A stretch of DNA of 64,000 nt, taken from the NCBI GenBank assembly GCA_963804635.1, contig CAWDRK010000044.1, positions 150,131 through 214,130 on the forward strand, read 5' to 3'. How positions within the stretch are numbered: the stretch's first letter is position 1; every line of letters begins with the position of its first letter. The notes beneath the pieces were generated by a model. That model saw nothing but the letters and a program-made list of their open reading frames with translations, had not been told where the DNA came from and did no database searches. A program made the translations under genes and the position numbers. Positions 51,009 through 61,679 of the stretch are shown here, piece by piece. Origin of the DNA: Candidatus Acidiferrales bacterium (GTDB taxonomy: Bacteria; Acidobacteriota; Terriglobia; Acidiferrales; UBA7541).

Positions 51009-52223
51009 TTAGGTACGATAGGAGGCGTTGATGCGCACGTATTCAGCGGTGAAATCGCAAGTCCAGTAGCGCGCGGAAGCGCGGCCGGCGTGCAGGTTCA
51101 AGACCACCATGACTTGGCGCTCCAGCAGGCGATTGCTTGCTTCGCGCTCGTTGAAATCGAGCGGTTGGCCGCGGCGCAGAACGGGTATGCCGGCCATGTG
51201 GATATCGACGCGGGCGGGATCGAACTTCACGCCAGCGCGTCCGGCGGCGGCAAAGATGCGTCCCCAATTGGGATCGCCACCGGCAAAAGCGGTCTTCACC
51301 AGCGGGGAAGTCGCGATGGTTCGCGCAATCTGGCGCGCTGCGGACTCGGTTTTTGCGCCACGAACTTCGATTTGAATGACCCGCTGGGCGCCTTCGCCAT
51401 CAGCCACGATTTGCAGCGCCAGCGAATGGCAGACTTCCTCCAGAGACTTGGCGAAGCAGCGATGAGCCGCGGTGCCGGCCTTGATTCGAGGAGCACCGGA
51501 AGCGCCGTTCGCCAGCACGAGCAGAGTGTCATTGGTGGAAGTGTCGCCGTCGATGCTGATAGCGTTGAAGGTTCGGGTGGTCACATCGCGTAGAGTTTTC
51601 TGCAGCAGCGGAGGGGAAATCGCCGCGTCGGTCACAACGAAAGCCAACGTGGTGGCCATGTTGGGATGAATCATTCCCGCACCCTTCGCGCAGCCCATAA
51701 AGTGAATGCGCCGGCGCGCCATGCGGAAAGAGCTGGCCGCCGTTTTTGGACGCGTGTCGGTGGTGCAAATCGCCAGCGAGAGTTCCGCAAAGGAACGCAC
51801 CGAGGGCCGGCGATTGCGCGCGATTCCCGACAGTGCGCGGAGAACTTTCTCAAGCGGCAAGGGAACGCCGATGACTCCCGTGGAGCACACCAACACTTCC
51901 TGGGGATCGCAGCCGAGACGGCGCGCGGTTTCCTCCACCATTTTTACCGACGCAGCATGGCCGGCGTCGCCGGTAGCGCAATTCGCGTTGCCCGCATTCA
52001 CGATCACGGCACGCATGCGCCCTTTTGACGCGCTCAGATTCCTTTTGGAGACCACCACTGGCGCGGCAACAACCAGATTTTGCGTGAACACGGCAGCAGC
52101 CGAAGCGGGAACGTCGCTGGAAAGCAGCGCAAGATCGAGCGCGCCGGTCTTTTTCAGACCACAGGCGGTGGCGGAAAAGCGGAATCCGCGAGGTACGGCG
52201 GCTTCGGAGAGGGCTGGCTTCAT
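51009..52223 (-). CDS. argJ: Ornithine acetyltransferase / N-acetylglutamate synthase
   Basis: [49 protein letters not shown]. Confidence 0.95.
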   Translation of the reverse strand: MKPALSEAAVPRGFRFSATACGLKKTGALDLALLSSDVPASAAAVFTQNLVVAAPVVVSKRNLSASKGRMRAVIVNAGNANCATGDAGHAASVKMVEETARRLGCDPQEVLVCSTGVIGVPLPLEKVLRALSGIARNRRPSVRSFAELSLAICTTDTRPKTAASSFRMARRRIHFMGCAKGAGMIHPNMATTLAFVVTDAAISPPLLQKTLRDVTTRTFNAISIDGDTSTNDTLLVLANGASGAPRIKAGTAAHRCFAKSLEEVCHSLALQIVADGEGAQRVIQIEVRGAKTESAARQIARTIATSPLVKTAFAGGDPNWGRIFAAAGRAGVKFDPARVDIHMAGIPVLRRGQPLDFNEREASNRLLERQVMVVLNLHAGRASARYWTCDFTAEYVRINASYRT

Positions 52224-52325
52224 GGCTGCAGGTTCCACAGGGTGCGGGTGTCGCTCACCGAAGGGACCTCCAGTCCGCCGCGTGAAGCGCTGCGGGTTCC
52301 AACGGGTAGATAGCGGGGCCCAGGC

Positions 52326-53741
52326 TCATGGTTGGTTCTCCCTGTGCTGCAAAGTCTGTTCGAGCTGTGCGATGGCGGCGCGAACGGATTCTCCGGCAGT
52401 CCCACCAGGAACGCGCTTGGTGGCGATGGCGTGTTCGACGGATGTACCGGCCAGAAAGTCTTTTTCAAAGAGCGGCGAAATCTTCTGAACGCTCTCCAGA
52501 GAAAGCGCCGTCCAGGGTTTGCCTTGCTTTTCCGCTTCGCGGAGGACCTGTCCGACAAGATCGTGGGCCTGGCGAAACGGCACGCCACGATGAACGAGAT
52601 AGTCGGCAGCATCCGTGGCAAACAGGGCCGGGTTTGAGGCCGCGGCGCGCAAACGGTCTTCGCGGAACTTTGTGGCCGCCAGTGCCCCGGTGGCCACACC
52701 GAGCATGGCAAGAATCTGGTCGTGTGCCGCGAACAAGGCTTCCTTATCTTCCTGGAGATCGCGCTGGTAGCTGGTGGGAAGGCCTTTCAACGTGGTCAAA
52801 AGACTGAACAGAGCGCTGGTGATGCGGCCGGTTTTGCCGCGCAGAAGTTCCCATGAATCGGGATTCTTCTTCTGGGGCATGAGGCTGCTTCCGGTAGAGT
52901 ATGCGTCGGGAAGAACGACGTAGGAAAACTCCTGCGATGCGAAAAGCACGAAATCTTCGGCGAGGCGCGAGATGTGCGTGGCCATGCCCGCGAGAGCAAA
53001 AAGATAATCCAGGGCGAAGTCGCGATCGCTGACCGCGTCAAGGCTGTTGGCCGTGATGCGCGAAAAACCAAGCTCGCGCGCAATAGCGTGGCGATCGACG
53101 GGAAACGAACATCCAGCAAGGGCCCCCGAGCCCATGGGGCAGGCATCCGCGGAGCTGGCGGCATTTTGCAGGCGGGTCACATCGCGGGAAAAGGCCTCGG
53201 CGTGCGTCAGCAGGAAATGAGACAGAAGAATGGGCTGGGCATGCTGCATGTGAGTCATGCCCGCCATAGGCACGTTGATATTTGTCTTGGCCTGCGCGAG
53301 AAAAGCGGCGATCAGCGCGCCCAGGGAATGGCGGGCCTGGCCGACCGCATCGATGACAAACAGCCGGAAGTCGGTGGCTACAAGTTCGTTGCGACTGCGG
53401 CCGGTGTGCAGTTTCCAGCCGAGCGGCCCAAGCTCTGCAACCAGGGCCTTTTCCACAAAATGATGAACGTCTTCGGCGTGCGCGCCGAATTTTTCCACCC
53501 ACGCGGAGTCTTTTTTGGCGCGTTCGCCGAGGGTCTCAAGTGCCGCAAGCGTCTGCCGCACCTCCGCCTCCGTGAAAATCCCGACGCCCAGCAAAGCCTT
53601 GGCCCACGCGCGATCCACGGCGATTTCATAGGGAAGCAGGCGGCGATCAAACGCGAAAGAGCGCTGGAACGCATCGAAGTCCGCGTCCGGCGCGTTTTCA
53701 AAGCGTCCACCCCACAATCGATCGTCTTTGCGGTCCGTCAT
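52326..53741 (-). CDS. argH: Argininosuccinate lyase
   Basis: LWGGRF, HTGRSRN, GSSLMPQKKNPD. Confidence 0.96.
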   Translation of the reverse strand: MTDRKDDRLWGGRFENAPDADFDAFQRSFAFDRRLLPYEIAVDRAWAKALLGVGIFTEAEVRQTLAALETLGERAKKDSAWVEKFGAHAEDVHHFVEKALVAELGPLGWKLHTGRSRNELVATDFRLFVIDAVGQARHSLGALIAAFLAQAKTNINVPMAGMTHMQHAQPILLSHFLLTHAEAFSRDVTRLQNAASSADACPMGSGALAGCSFPVDRHAIARELGFSRITANSLDAVSDRDFALDYLFALAGMATHISRLAEDFVLFASQEFSYVVLPDAYSTGSSLMPQKKNPDSWELLRGKTGRITSALFSLLTTLKGLPTSYQRDLQEDKEALFAAHDQILAMLGVATGALAATKFREDRLRAAASNPALFATDAADYLVHRGVPFRQAHDLVGQVLREAEKQGKPWTALSLESVQKISPLFEKDFLAGTSVEHAIATKRVPGGTAGESVRAAIAQLEQTLQHRENQP

Positions 53742-53873
53742 TCCCTACCTTTTACAAAAGGCAAAAGCGTGGCCCTACGGGGCGCGGCGCGAAAAACACC
53801 GAGCTCCAGACAGGCGCAGCTGCAAAATCGTGAAGTCCAGCCGAACGGGGCGCGCTGCCCTGCGCTCAAACGA

Positions 53874-55097
53874 TTACGGCTTGCCGGTGCCGGCCTTGGC
53901 GATTGGTCGAACGGTCACCGGCAGCGCAAACAAATTGATGAAGCCCTCGGCGTCCTTAGGATTGTAGCGGCCCATGGTGAAGCTGGCGAGGTCAGCGCGA
54001 TAGAGAGAATAGGGCGAAATGCGCTTGGTGACATTCAGAGTACCCTTCCAGAGCTTCAGGCCAACGGAGCCAGTGACGCGCTGCTGCGCCACGTGGAAGA
54101 AACCATCGAGAGCTTCGCGCAGGGGCGAGAACCACAGTCCGTAGTAGACCAGCTCGGCATAGCGCACGGAAAGGGCTTGCGCGAAATGCGCGGTTTCGCG
54201 ATCGACTGTGAGGCGCTCCAGTTCGCGATGCGCGGTGACCAGTAGCGTGCCGCCGGGAGTTTCGTAGGCCCCGCGCGACTTCATGCCAACGAGACGGTTC
54301 TCGATGAGGTCGGTGCGTCCGATGCCGTGCTTCGCGGCAATGTCATTCAAGGTGTTGAGCAAGTCGATGGGGCCAAGCGTGTTTCCATTGACGGAAACGG
54401 GCGTGCCCGCTTCGAATCCGATTTCCACTTCCTCGGCGGTGTCCGGAGCTTTTTGCGGCGAGACGACCCACTGCCACATGGCTTCATTGGGGGCGTTGGC
54501 GGGATCTTCCAATTCGCCGCCCTCGTGGCTCAGGTGCCAGATGTTGCGGTCGCGGCTATAGATGTTGTTCTTGCTCTGCTCAACGGGAATCTGGTGTTTA
54601 GCCGCATAGGCGATGGCGTCTTCTCGGGAGTCGATGTCCCATTCGCGCCACGGAGCGATGATTTGCAGGTTGGGCGCGACAGCCTTGTAAGCCAACTCGA
54701 AACGCACCTGGTCATTGCCCTTGCCGGTGCAACCGTGCGACAGTCCGTCGGCGCCCAAGGAAAGCGCGAGTTCCGCCTGCCGCTTGGCGATGACCGGCCT
54801 GGCCATGGAGGTTCCGAGCAAGTAGGTATGTTCGTAGACAGCGCCGGCGCGCAGCGTTGGCCAGATATAGTCGCGGACGAATTCGGCTCGCAGGTCTTCG
54901 GTGTACACGGCGGACGCGCCGGTGGCCAGAGCCTTCTGGCGCGCGGCCTCCAGATCCTCCTGCTGGCCAACGTCGCCGATCATGGCGATCACTTCGCAGC
55001 CGTAGTTCTCACGGAGCCAGGGAATAATGATGGAGGTATCTAGTCCGCCAGAATAGGCAAGCACGACTTTTTTTGGTTTTTGCGGGTGCGGATTCAC
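53874..55097 (-). CDS. argG: Argininosuccinate synthase
   Basis: AYSGGLDTS, HGCTGKGNDQVRFE, GMKSRGAYETP. Confidence 0.96.
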   Translation of the reverse strand: MNPHPQKPKKVVLAYSGGLDTSIIIPWLRENYGCEVIAMIGDVGQQEDLEAARQKALATGASAVYTEDLRAEFVRDYIWPTLRAGAVYEHTYLLGTSMARPVIAKRQAELALSLGADGLSHGCTGKGNDQVRFELAYKAVAPNLQIIAPWREWDIDSREDAIAYAAKHQIPVEQSKNNIYSRDRNIWHLSHEGGELEDPANAPNEAMWQWVVSPQKAPDTAEEVEIGFEAGTPVSVNGNTLGPIDLLNTLNDIAAKHGIGRTDLIENRLVGMKSRGAYETPGGTLLVTAHRELERLTVDRETAHFAQALSVRYAELVYYGLWFSPLREALDGFFHVAQQRVTGSVGLKLWKGTLNVTKRISPYSLYRADLASFTMGRYNPKDAEGFINLFALPVTVRPIAKAGTGKP

Positions 55098-55131
55098 TCG
55101 GTTCTCTCTCCTCGGTTATGGCCATAAGAAA

Positions 55132-56076
55132 TCAGGAATAAAGCGCGTGCAAAATAGCCTTCTGCACGTACATACGGTTTTCGGACTGGTCCAGGACGAT
55201 GGACGCGGGACCGTCCAGGACCTCGTCGGTAACTTCCGCGCCGCGATGCGCCGGAAGGCAGTGCATGAATACGGCATTTTCCGCGGCTTGCTCCATCAGT
55301 TTGCGATTCACCTGATAGGCTTTGAAGATGGTGCGGCGGATTTTTTCTTCCGCTTCAAAACCCATGCTGGTCCAGGAATCGGTGTAGACCGCCTGCGCGC
55401 CCGCGACGGCTTCGCCGGGGTCGGTGAACAATTCGATTTTGCAGCGCGTCTCCTTGGCAACGCGCTTGCCATCGGCAAGAACGTCGGCATCAGGCGTATA
55501 GTTCGCAGGCGTGGCAATGCGGATGTGCACGCCAAGCCTGGCGGCGAGAAATATCAGCGAATGACAAACGTTGTTGCCGTCGCCCACATACGCGAGCTTA
55601 AAGCCGCGCAGCGAGCCGAACTTTTCTTCCAAGGTGAAAAAGTCCGCAAGCGCCTGGCAGGGATGAAACTTGTCAGAAAGCGCGTTCACCACGGGGATGT
55701 CCGCGCTGCGCGCCATTTCCTCGAGCACCCGCTGTTCGTAAACGCGCGCGACGATGCCATGCACCCAGCGCTGCAGGTTCCGCGCCACGTCGGGAATGGA
55801 TTCGCGTTCGCCGAGGCGCGCCTGGGTGTGGTCAAGAAAGACCACAAACCCGCCCATGCTCTGGATGCCCACTTCGAACGTGACGCGGGTGCGCAGTGAC
55901 GGCTTCTCAAAGATCAGCGCGATGTGTTTGCCGCGAAGCACAGACGCGAAACGCGCGGGCCGAGCCTTGATCTCCGCGGTGCGGTGCAGCAGGTCGCGAA
56001 CGTCTGCGGGAGACCATTCGGCTCCGGTGAGGAGATCCTTGGCGAGCGAAACTGGAATTGCGAGTGTTGCCGTCAT
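55132..56076 (-). CDS. argF: Ornithine carbamoyltransferase
   Basis: FEKPSLRTR, HPCQALAD, WTSMG, MHCLP. Confidence 0.95.
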   Translation of the reverse strand: MTATLAIPVSLAKDLLTGAEWSPADVRDLLHRTAEIKARPARFASVLRGKHIALIFEKPSLRTRVTFEVGIQSMGGFVVFLDHTQARLGERESIPDVARNLQRWVHGIVARVYEQRVLEEMARSADIPVVNALSDKFHPCQALADFFTLEEKFGSLRGFKLAYVGDGNNVCHSLIFLAARLGVHIRIATPANYTPDADVLADGKRVAKETRCKIELFTDPGEAVAGAQAVYTDSWTSMGFEAEEKIRRTIFKAYQVNRKLMEQAAENAVFMHCLPAHRGAEVTDEVLDGPASIVLDQSENRMYVQKAILHALYS

Positions 56077-56103
56077 CCTTCTTCTCCGTACTTCTTGATT
56101 TTC

Positions 56104-56955
56104 TTACACTGCCACGATGGAAGCCTGTTCGGAGGAAAAAAGACCCCGCAAAACACGCGTTCCCGGTACATCCGAAAAAACTGCTTTGGCCGCAACCGAG
56201 GCAAAAAGGTGCGGCGCCAGCGCGTCTGCAGCCGATTCGCCGCCAACGATGTGCACTTCACGCACGCCGCCTTCGAGCGCTCGCTTGGCTGCTTCCAGCT
56301 TCAGGATCATGCCGCCGGAAACCACGCGCGATCCGATAAGGTGATTGATCTGTTCGCAGGAAAGCGCGGAGATCACTTCTCCGCCGTGCAAGACGCCCGC
56401 AACATCAGTGAGATAGATCAGTTGATCGGCGGCGATGAATTCCGCGCAAGCCGCGGCCATGTGATCGGCGTTGATATTGTAGAGCTCACCATCCGTGCCC
56501 AGCCCCAGGCAAGCGGCAACCGGTAACAACTTTTCTCTCCACAGAGATTCCAGAAAGCGAACGTTGACGCTGGTGAGATAGCCGACGAAACCCAGACCGC
56601 CTTCCACATCGTTATGCACGAGAGGCGCGCATGAAAAACACGCGGCATCTGCTGCGGAGATGCCCACGGCCGGCTGACCAGCGGCGGTAATCGAGGCGGC
56701 CAGACGCTTGTTGAGTAGCCCGGCGAACACCATCACGGCGGCGTCGCGGGTATCCGAATCGGTGATGCGCAAGCCGCCAACAAACTTGCTTTCGATGCCC
56801 AGGTTCTTGAGCATGGCCGTAAACAAGCGGCCGCCACCATGGACAACAAGGATTTCGTGGCCGTGAGCGGCGAGCTTCGCGACGTGCTGCGAAAGGTCGC
56901 GCACCATGGTGGCGTCTTCCAACAAAGCGCCTGCGAATTTGATGACAATTCTCAT
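56104..56955 (-). CDS. argB: Acetylglutamate kinase
   Basis: VIKFAG, VHGGG, GLRITD, NINAD, TDVAGV, SGGMILK. Confidence 0.92.
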   Translation of the reverse strand: MRIVIKFAGALLEDATMVRDLSQHVAKLAAHGHEILVVHGGGRLFTAMLKNLGIESKFVGGLRITDSDTRDAAVMVFAGLLNKRLAASITAAGQPAVGISAADAACFSCAPLVHNDVEGGLGFVGYLTSVNVRFLESLWREKLLPVAACLGLGTDGELYNINADHMAAACAEFIAADQLIYLTDVAGVLHGGEVISALSCEQINHLIGSRVVSGGMILKLEAAKRALEGGVREVHIVGGESAADALAPHLFASVAAKAVFSDVPGTRVLRGLFSSEQASIVAV

Positions 56956-57983
56956 AGCAGTCCTGTCTGCTCCGCGATACCGAGCGTCAGATTCAGATTC
57001 TGGACGGCCTGGCCGGCGGCGCCCTTGCCCAAATTGTCGAGGCAGGAAACCACGATCAGGCGCTTCCCGGAGGCCTCCAGGACAAAACCGATGTCGCAGA
57101 AATTTGTTTTCACGACGTGCTGCAGTTCGGGGAGCGAGCCGGCAGGCCAAATGCGAACCATGGGCCGGCCGGCGAAAAATGCCCGGTAGATGCCCTCGAT
57201 CTGTTCGGGCTTGTGTGCCTCCCGGAGCGAAACGTAAATGCTAGAAAGAATGCCGCGTGCCACGGGAAGCAAGTGCGTCGAAAAAACCACTTGTGATTCC
57301 GGCACCCCCGAGTGCTCGAGAATTTCCGGTGTGTGGCGATGAGAAAACAGGTTGTAGGCGCGGAAATTTTCGTCCACTTCGACGAAGTGCAGATCGCGGC
57401 GAGGATCTTTGCCGGCACCGCTGGCGCCAGACTTGCAGTCGCAGACAACGTTCTGCGAGGGAGCAAGCACTCCGGCGTCGGCCAAAGGACGCAGCGCCAG
57501 AATCACGCTGGTGGCGTAGCATCCGGGATTGGCTATGAGTTTCGCGGTAGCCAAGCGCGTGGCCAGGAGCTCCGACAAGCCGTACACGGCTTCACCGAGA
57601 CGCGCCGCGTGCGGCGTCGGCAGCTGGTACCAGGACGAAAATGTTTCGGCGCTGGCAAAACGAAAGGCGCCGCTGAGGTCGATGACCCGAAGACCCGCGT
57701 CGAGCAGTTTGGGCGCGAGTTCCGCGGAAACGTCATGCGGCGTGGCGAGAAACGCTGTGCCGGCATTGCTTGCCGCGATGGCATCCAGAGAAACAGGGCG
57801 CAGAGGCGCTTCTCCCCAGCCGCGGAGTTGCGGGAAACGCTGCGAAAGGCAATGGTTTCCGTTGGTGTCGCGCACATAAAAGACCGGCTTGGAGATCGCG
57901 GGATGGCGCAGCAGCAGCGTGGCCAGCTCAAAACCCGTATAGCCAGTGACACCAATGACGGCGATGCTTCCGGGATCTCTCAT
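56952..57983 (-). CDS. argC: N-acetyl-gamma-glutamyl-phosphate reductase
   Basis: GVTGYTG, DLSGAFR, ANPGCY, SGASGAG, HRHTPEI, DNLGKGAAGQA. Confidence 0.95.
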   Translation of the reverse strand: MRDPGSIAVIGVTGYTGFELATLLLRHPAISKPVFYVRDTNGNHCLSQRFPQLRGWGEAPLRPVSLDAIAASNAGTAFLATPHDVSAELAPKLLDAGLRVIDLSGAFRFASAETFSSWYQLPTPHAARLGEAVYGLSELLATRLATAKLIANPGCYATSVILALRPLADAGVLAPSQNVVCDCKSGASGAGKDPRRDLHFVEVDENFRAYNLFSHRHTPEILEHSGVPESQVVFSTHLLPVARGILSSIYVSLREAHKPEQIEGIYRAFFAGRPMVRIWPAGSLPELQHVVKTNFCDIGFVLEASGKRLIVVSCLDNLGKGAAGQAVQNLNLTLGIAEQTGLL

Positions 57984-58429
57984 TTCACCTGTGCTTCGAT
58001 TTTTTTCTGCAGCGATTCGCGTGTCTTGCGGCTGGGCGTGATGATCAGGACGGTATCGTCGCCCGCAATGGTGCCGGCGATCTCAGGAAATTTCGCGCCA
58101 TCCACAGCTGCGGCCAAGGGCTGAGCGCCGCTGGGAGGCGTTTTGAGGACCAAAAGATTTTCCGCCGGCCGAATATCCAGAAGGAATTCGCGGAGCGCGC
58201 GGGTGAGAGGTGGCACGGCGGAAGCGTCGTCCGGAACCCCGGAGCCGGGCTTGTAACCGTCGGTGGTCTTGACGAGCTTCAGTTCCTGCAAGTCCCGCGA
58301 CAGGGTGGCCTGGGTGACGCGCAGCTTTTGCTGCGCGAGGCGGCGGCGCAACTCCTCCTGATTGCCAACGCGCTCGGCCGAGACGAGCCGAAGGATCTGA
58401 CCATGGCGGAATGTTTTGGTGGCGCTCAT
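57980..58429 (-). CDS. argR: Arginine repressor
   Basis: TQATLSRDLQEL, GTIAGDDT. Confidence 0.95.
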   Translation of the reverse strand: MSATKTFRHGQILRLVSAERVGNQEELRRRLAQQKLRVTQATLSRDLQELKLVKTTDGYKPGSGVPDDASAVPPLTRALREFLLDIRPAENLLVLKTPPSGAQPLAAAVDGAKFPEIAGTIAGDDTVLIITPSRKTRESLQKKIEAQVK

Positions 58430-58431
58430 GC

Positions 58432-58466
58432 TGTATACAATATTCACCCGACTGTATATTTATACA
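58432..58466. promoter_or_regulatory. ARG box(es) in front of the argR operon
   Basis: TGTAT-ATTT-ATACA palindrome (58453-58466) and imperfect TGTAT-ACAAT-ATTCA (58432-58446); consensus TGAAT-n4-ATTCA. Confidence 0.75.
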
Positions 58467-58644
58467 GGCCCGCTCCGGGGTTGTCAAAGGCTAAAAGCAA
58501 ATTTTTCTGTGTCGCATGCGGTAACGGTGCCGGGAACACGGCTGCATTGGTTGGACTATGATGGAAGTACTGCCAGGATCGCTCACCCGTTCGCTGGGGT
58601 GCTGCACCTCTGGGCGGGTTCCGCACAGAAACAAGGAGCCAGCC

Positions 58645-59955
58645 ATGCCAAACGAACGCACTCCGAAAAAACCGCGCGAACAATATCGCCTGCGCACCCG
58701 GCTGATTCACGGAAGTTTCGCAACCGGCCGGTGGGACTACGACCACCACGTGGTTCCTCCGCAATCCAGTTCGGCAACCTACCGCCTCTCGTCCGTGCAT
58801 CGCGGGGCCCAGGGTTTCGTGGAATTTGCCACGCCGGAATCCCGCCGCGCGCCGATTTACATTTACGACCGCTTGGACGAACCGAGCCGTGGCATGTTGG
58901 AAGAAAACCTGGCGGCGGCGGAAGGCGGCGAGGTGGCGGTGACGTTTGCCACCGGAATGGCCGCGGTCAGCGGAGCGCTGGGAGTCCTGACGGCAACCGG
59001 CGACCAGATCGTGGCGCACCAGATTTTGTACGGCTGCACGCACAGCCTGCTGACCAGCTGGCTGCCGCGCTACAAGATCCACACGGATTTTTGCGACCTG
59101 ACCAAGCCGGAGTCGCTGGCAAAAGTGGCGACGGGGAATTGTCGGGTGGTGTATCTGGAAACGCCGGTGAATCCAACAATGGAACTGATCGACCTGCGAG
59201 CCATCCGGCAGGTTGTTGACCGGCTGAACGAGGGGCGCCCGGAGGTTCAGAAAATCCGCATCGTAGTCGACAATACCTTCGCTACGCCCTACTGCCAGCG
59301 GCCCCTGCTGCACGGCGTCGACATCGTAGTGCACAGCCTTACGAAGGATATCGGCGGATTTGGCACCGAGATGGGCGGAGCGGTCATCGGCTCCAACACC
59401 TATTTCAATCTTCTGATGCTCTACCGCAAGGATTTTGGAGGCGTGCTGTCTCCCAAGAATGCGTGGCCGATTCTGGTATACGGCTTGCCGACGCTGGCGG
59501 CGCGCATGGTGAATCAGCAAAAAAGCGCGATGCAGGTGGCGGAATTCCTGCTGCGGCAGCGAAAAGTGCGGCGGGTGGTGTATCCGGGGCTGGCAAACTT
59601 CGCGCAACGCGAACTGGCGCACCGGCAGATGACCACGCCGGACGGGTCCTTCGCGCCCGGCCACATGCTGTATTTTGAATTAAAGGGAAAGAACGGGGAT
59701 GTGCAGAGCGCGGCGGAGGCTGCGGAGCGATTCGTCGACTACATCGCGGAGAAGTCGTACACCATAACGCTGGCGGTGAGCCTCGGGCAGATCAAGACGC
59801 TCATCGAGAACCCCTTTTCCATGACCCATGCTTCGGTTCCGGAAGAGGAGAAGATTCGCAGCGGATTGCAGCCCGGTGGCATCCGCCTGTCGCTGGGTTT
59901 GGAGGATTGGCACGACATCATTGCCGACCTGGAAGATGCGCTGGAGGTCGTCTGA
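58645..59955 (+). CDS. Cys/Met metabolism PLP enzyme (methionine gamma-lyase / cystathionine gamma-synthase family)
   Basis: YDRLDEP, TGMAAV, ETPVNPT, VDNTFATP, HSLTKDIGG, AVSLG, IRLSLGLED; AAGGAG RBS. Confidence 0.9.
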   Translation: MPNERTPKKPREQYRLRTRLIHGSFATGRWDYDHHVVPPQSSSATYRLSSVHRGAQGFVEFATPESRRAPIYIYDRLDEPSRGMLEENLAAAEGGEVAVTFATGMAAVSGALGVLTATGDQIVAHQILYGCTHSLLTSWLPRYKIHTDFCDLTKPESLAKVATGNCRVVYLETPVNPTMELIDLRAIRQVVDRLNEGRPEVQKIRIVVDNTFATPYCQRPLLHGVDIVVHSLTKDIGGFGTEMGGAVIGSNTYFNLLMLYRKDFGGVLSPKNAWPILVYGLPTLAARMVNQQKSAMQVAEFLLRQRKVRRVVYPGLANFAQRELAHRQMTTPDGSFAPGHMLYFELKGKNGDVQSAAEAAERFVDYIAEKSYTITLAVSLGQIKTLIENPFSMTHASVPEEEKIRSGLQPGGIRLSLGLEDWHDIIADLEDALEVV

Positions 59956-60074
59956 CCGGAAGGACAGGTGGTGAGGACAGGTAGCATACGATGCACAATT
60001 CGCCGCACCGTGCGGATAACGCTGGATTTTCCGCGCCGGGGATGCTACCTATCTGCCATCACCTTTTTTAGCCG

Positions 60075-60422
60075 ATGAGCGAGCTATGCCATATCGGTGG
60101 ATGCAAGCATGACGTGCCGGCCGCCCTGGCCGAGCAAAAACTCTGCGTGCTGCATTTCACCCTTTCGCTGGAATCCAGCTGCGCGGAGATGCGCCGGGAG
60201 ACCGCTTTGGGCAATACGCCCCATGACCGGCAGCGCGAAATCATGGGATTCATCACCGAGCACGGAGAGAAGCTCGCGCGGGTGGCCACTAGCGGTTTGC
60301 ATCTGACGGATGATTTGAAAGCGCGCGTGCTGAGCACATTTTTGACCTTGATGAATCTGCGCGAAAACCTGGATCGCGCTTCGATGCGCACGCCCACCGG
60401 CCGCGGCGGGGTCTGGCGGTAA
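60075..60422 (+). CDS. Hypothetical protein with N-terminal Cys/His cluster
   Basis: CHIGGC...LCVLHF followed by helical domain; fills the gap between flanking genes. Confidence 0.65.
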   Translation: MSELCHIGGCKHDVPAALAEQKLCVLHFTLSLESSCAEMRRETALGNTPHDRQREIMGFITEHGEKLARVATSGLHLTDDLKARVLSTFLTLMNLRENLDRASMRTPTGRGGVWR

Positions 60423-60547
60423 TTGTCTTCGAGCTAGCGCGGGGGTTTAATCGCAGCCTGTCGCTTGCCGCTAGCAGCCAAGCCAGCGCTAGAGGAGGCC
60501 CAAGTTTTCTCCTCGGACTAGCCTCACGCCAGTTCTCCCCCGTACTC

Positions 60548-61573
60548 TCACGCACCGATATATTTGGCGTAGAGCGACCGCGCAACGGCGGGGTCCTTGG
60601 TGCCTTTAACCACGGCACGGCCATCGCTGAAGACCGTCACCTCGCAGGCGTCTGCACGGAAGCGCAGTAAGAATCCGTTCTGCCGCACATCGCTGAGCGT
60701 AGGTGCGAGGCGCTCGAGCAGCGCCTGCAGGTCAAGGCTACGGTTGCGCTCGTGAATCTGCACGGAATCGCGCCCGCACAAGGTGATGTGCGGCTGGGCT
60801 TGACCTTCGAGGAAAGAGAAATCGCGGTGCACGCAGGCCCGGCAGACGGGACTGCGCTCCGGCGCAACAGACTGCATGCGGCCGCTCCACACGTCGCAGG
60901 ACAGCAGCCGCCCGTGCAAGGCAGACTCCCTGCCGGCAAGCAGCTTCAAGGCCTCCGCTACCTGTAGCGAAGCAATCAGATTCACGATCGGCCCAAGCAC
61001 GCCAACGGTGTCGCACGTTTCCTCCATGCCCAGTCCGCCAGACGACTCCAGGAGGCAGGCCAGGCACGCGCTCTGGCCAGGCCGAATGGCCATGGTGAGG
61101 CCGTAGCTCGAGACGGCAGCCGCATAAATCCACGGTGTCTGTGCCTTGACCGAGTAATCATTCATCAGGAAACGGGTTTCGAAGTTGTCGGTACCGTCGA
61201 GGATCAGCGAATATCCGGCCAGCAGCTCCTCGGCGTTAGCGGCATTCAGATCAGCGACGATACCTTCCACGCTGACATCCGAGTTGATCGCGCGAAGCCT
61301 GCGCTCCGCGGCGACGGCTTTCGGTAACGCGTCGCGCGCGTCGGTCTCCTCAAACAGCGTCTGGCGTTGCAGATTAGAGGGCTCGACGAAGTCCCGGTCC
61401 AGTACTCGCAAGTGCCCCACGCCTGCGCGAACCAGCAGATTCGCCGCGGCCGCACCGATGGCTCCACAACCCACAATCACCGCGCGAGATGTCCGCAAAT
61501 GCTCCTGTCCTTCCGGGCCAATGCCGGCGAAGAGCATCTGGCGGGAATATTTCTCATGGAGCGGATGGGTCAC
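60548..61573 (-). CDS. ThiF/MoeB family adenylyltransferase
   Basis: YSRQ, GCGAIG, DRDFVEPSNLQRQ, DGTDNF, CLAC, CRAC; start uncertain. Confidence 0.92.
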   Translation of the reverse strand: MTHPLHEKYSRQMLFAGIGPEGQEHLRTSRAVIVGCGAIGAAAANLLVRAGVGHLRVLDRDFVEPSNLQRQTLFEETDARDALPKAVAAERRLRAINSDVSVEGIVADLNAANAEELLAGYSLILDGTDNFETRFLMNDYSVKAQTPWIYAAAVSSYGLTMAIRPGQSACLACLLESSGGLGMEETCDTVGVLGPIVNLIASLQVAEALKLLAGRESALHGRLLSCDVWSGRMQSVAPERSPVCRACVHRDFSFLEGQAQPHITLCGRDSVQIHERNRSLDLQALLERLAPTLSDVRQNGFLLRFRADACEVTVFSDGRAVVKGTKDPAVARSLYAKYIGA

Positions 61574-61679
61574 GTAAAATAGAAGTCCAGCCTTAATTAG
61601 GAAGCTCACTCATGATAGCGCCAAAGGCATCCGAAGAAGCAACGCGCGTGTGCTACCCTTCGTCTGAGTATAGAAACGG

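Noticed and set aside
58470-58644. SAM riboswitch upstream of the Met/Cys lyase
   Set aside because: No SAM-I core motifs visible
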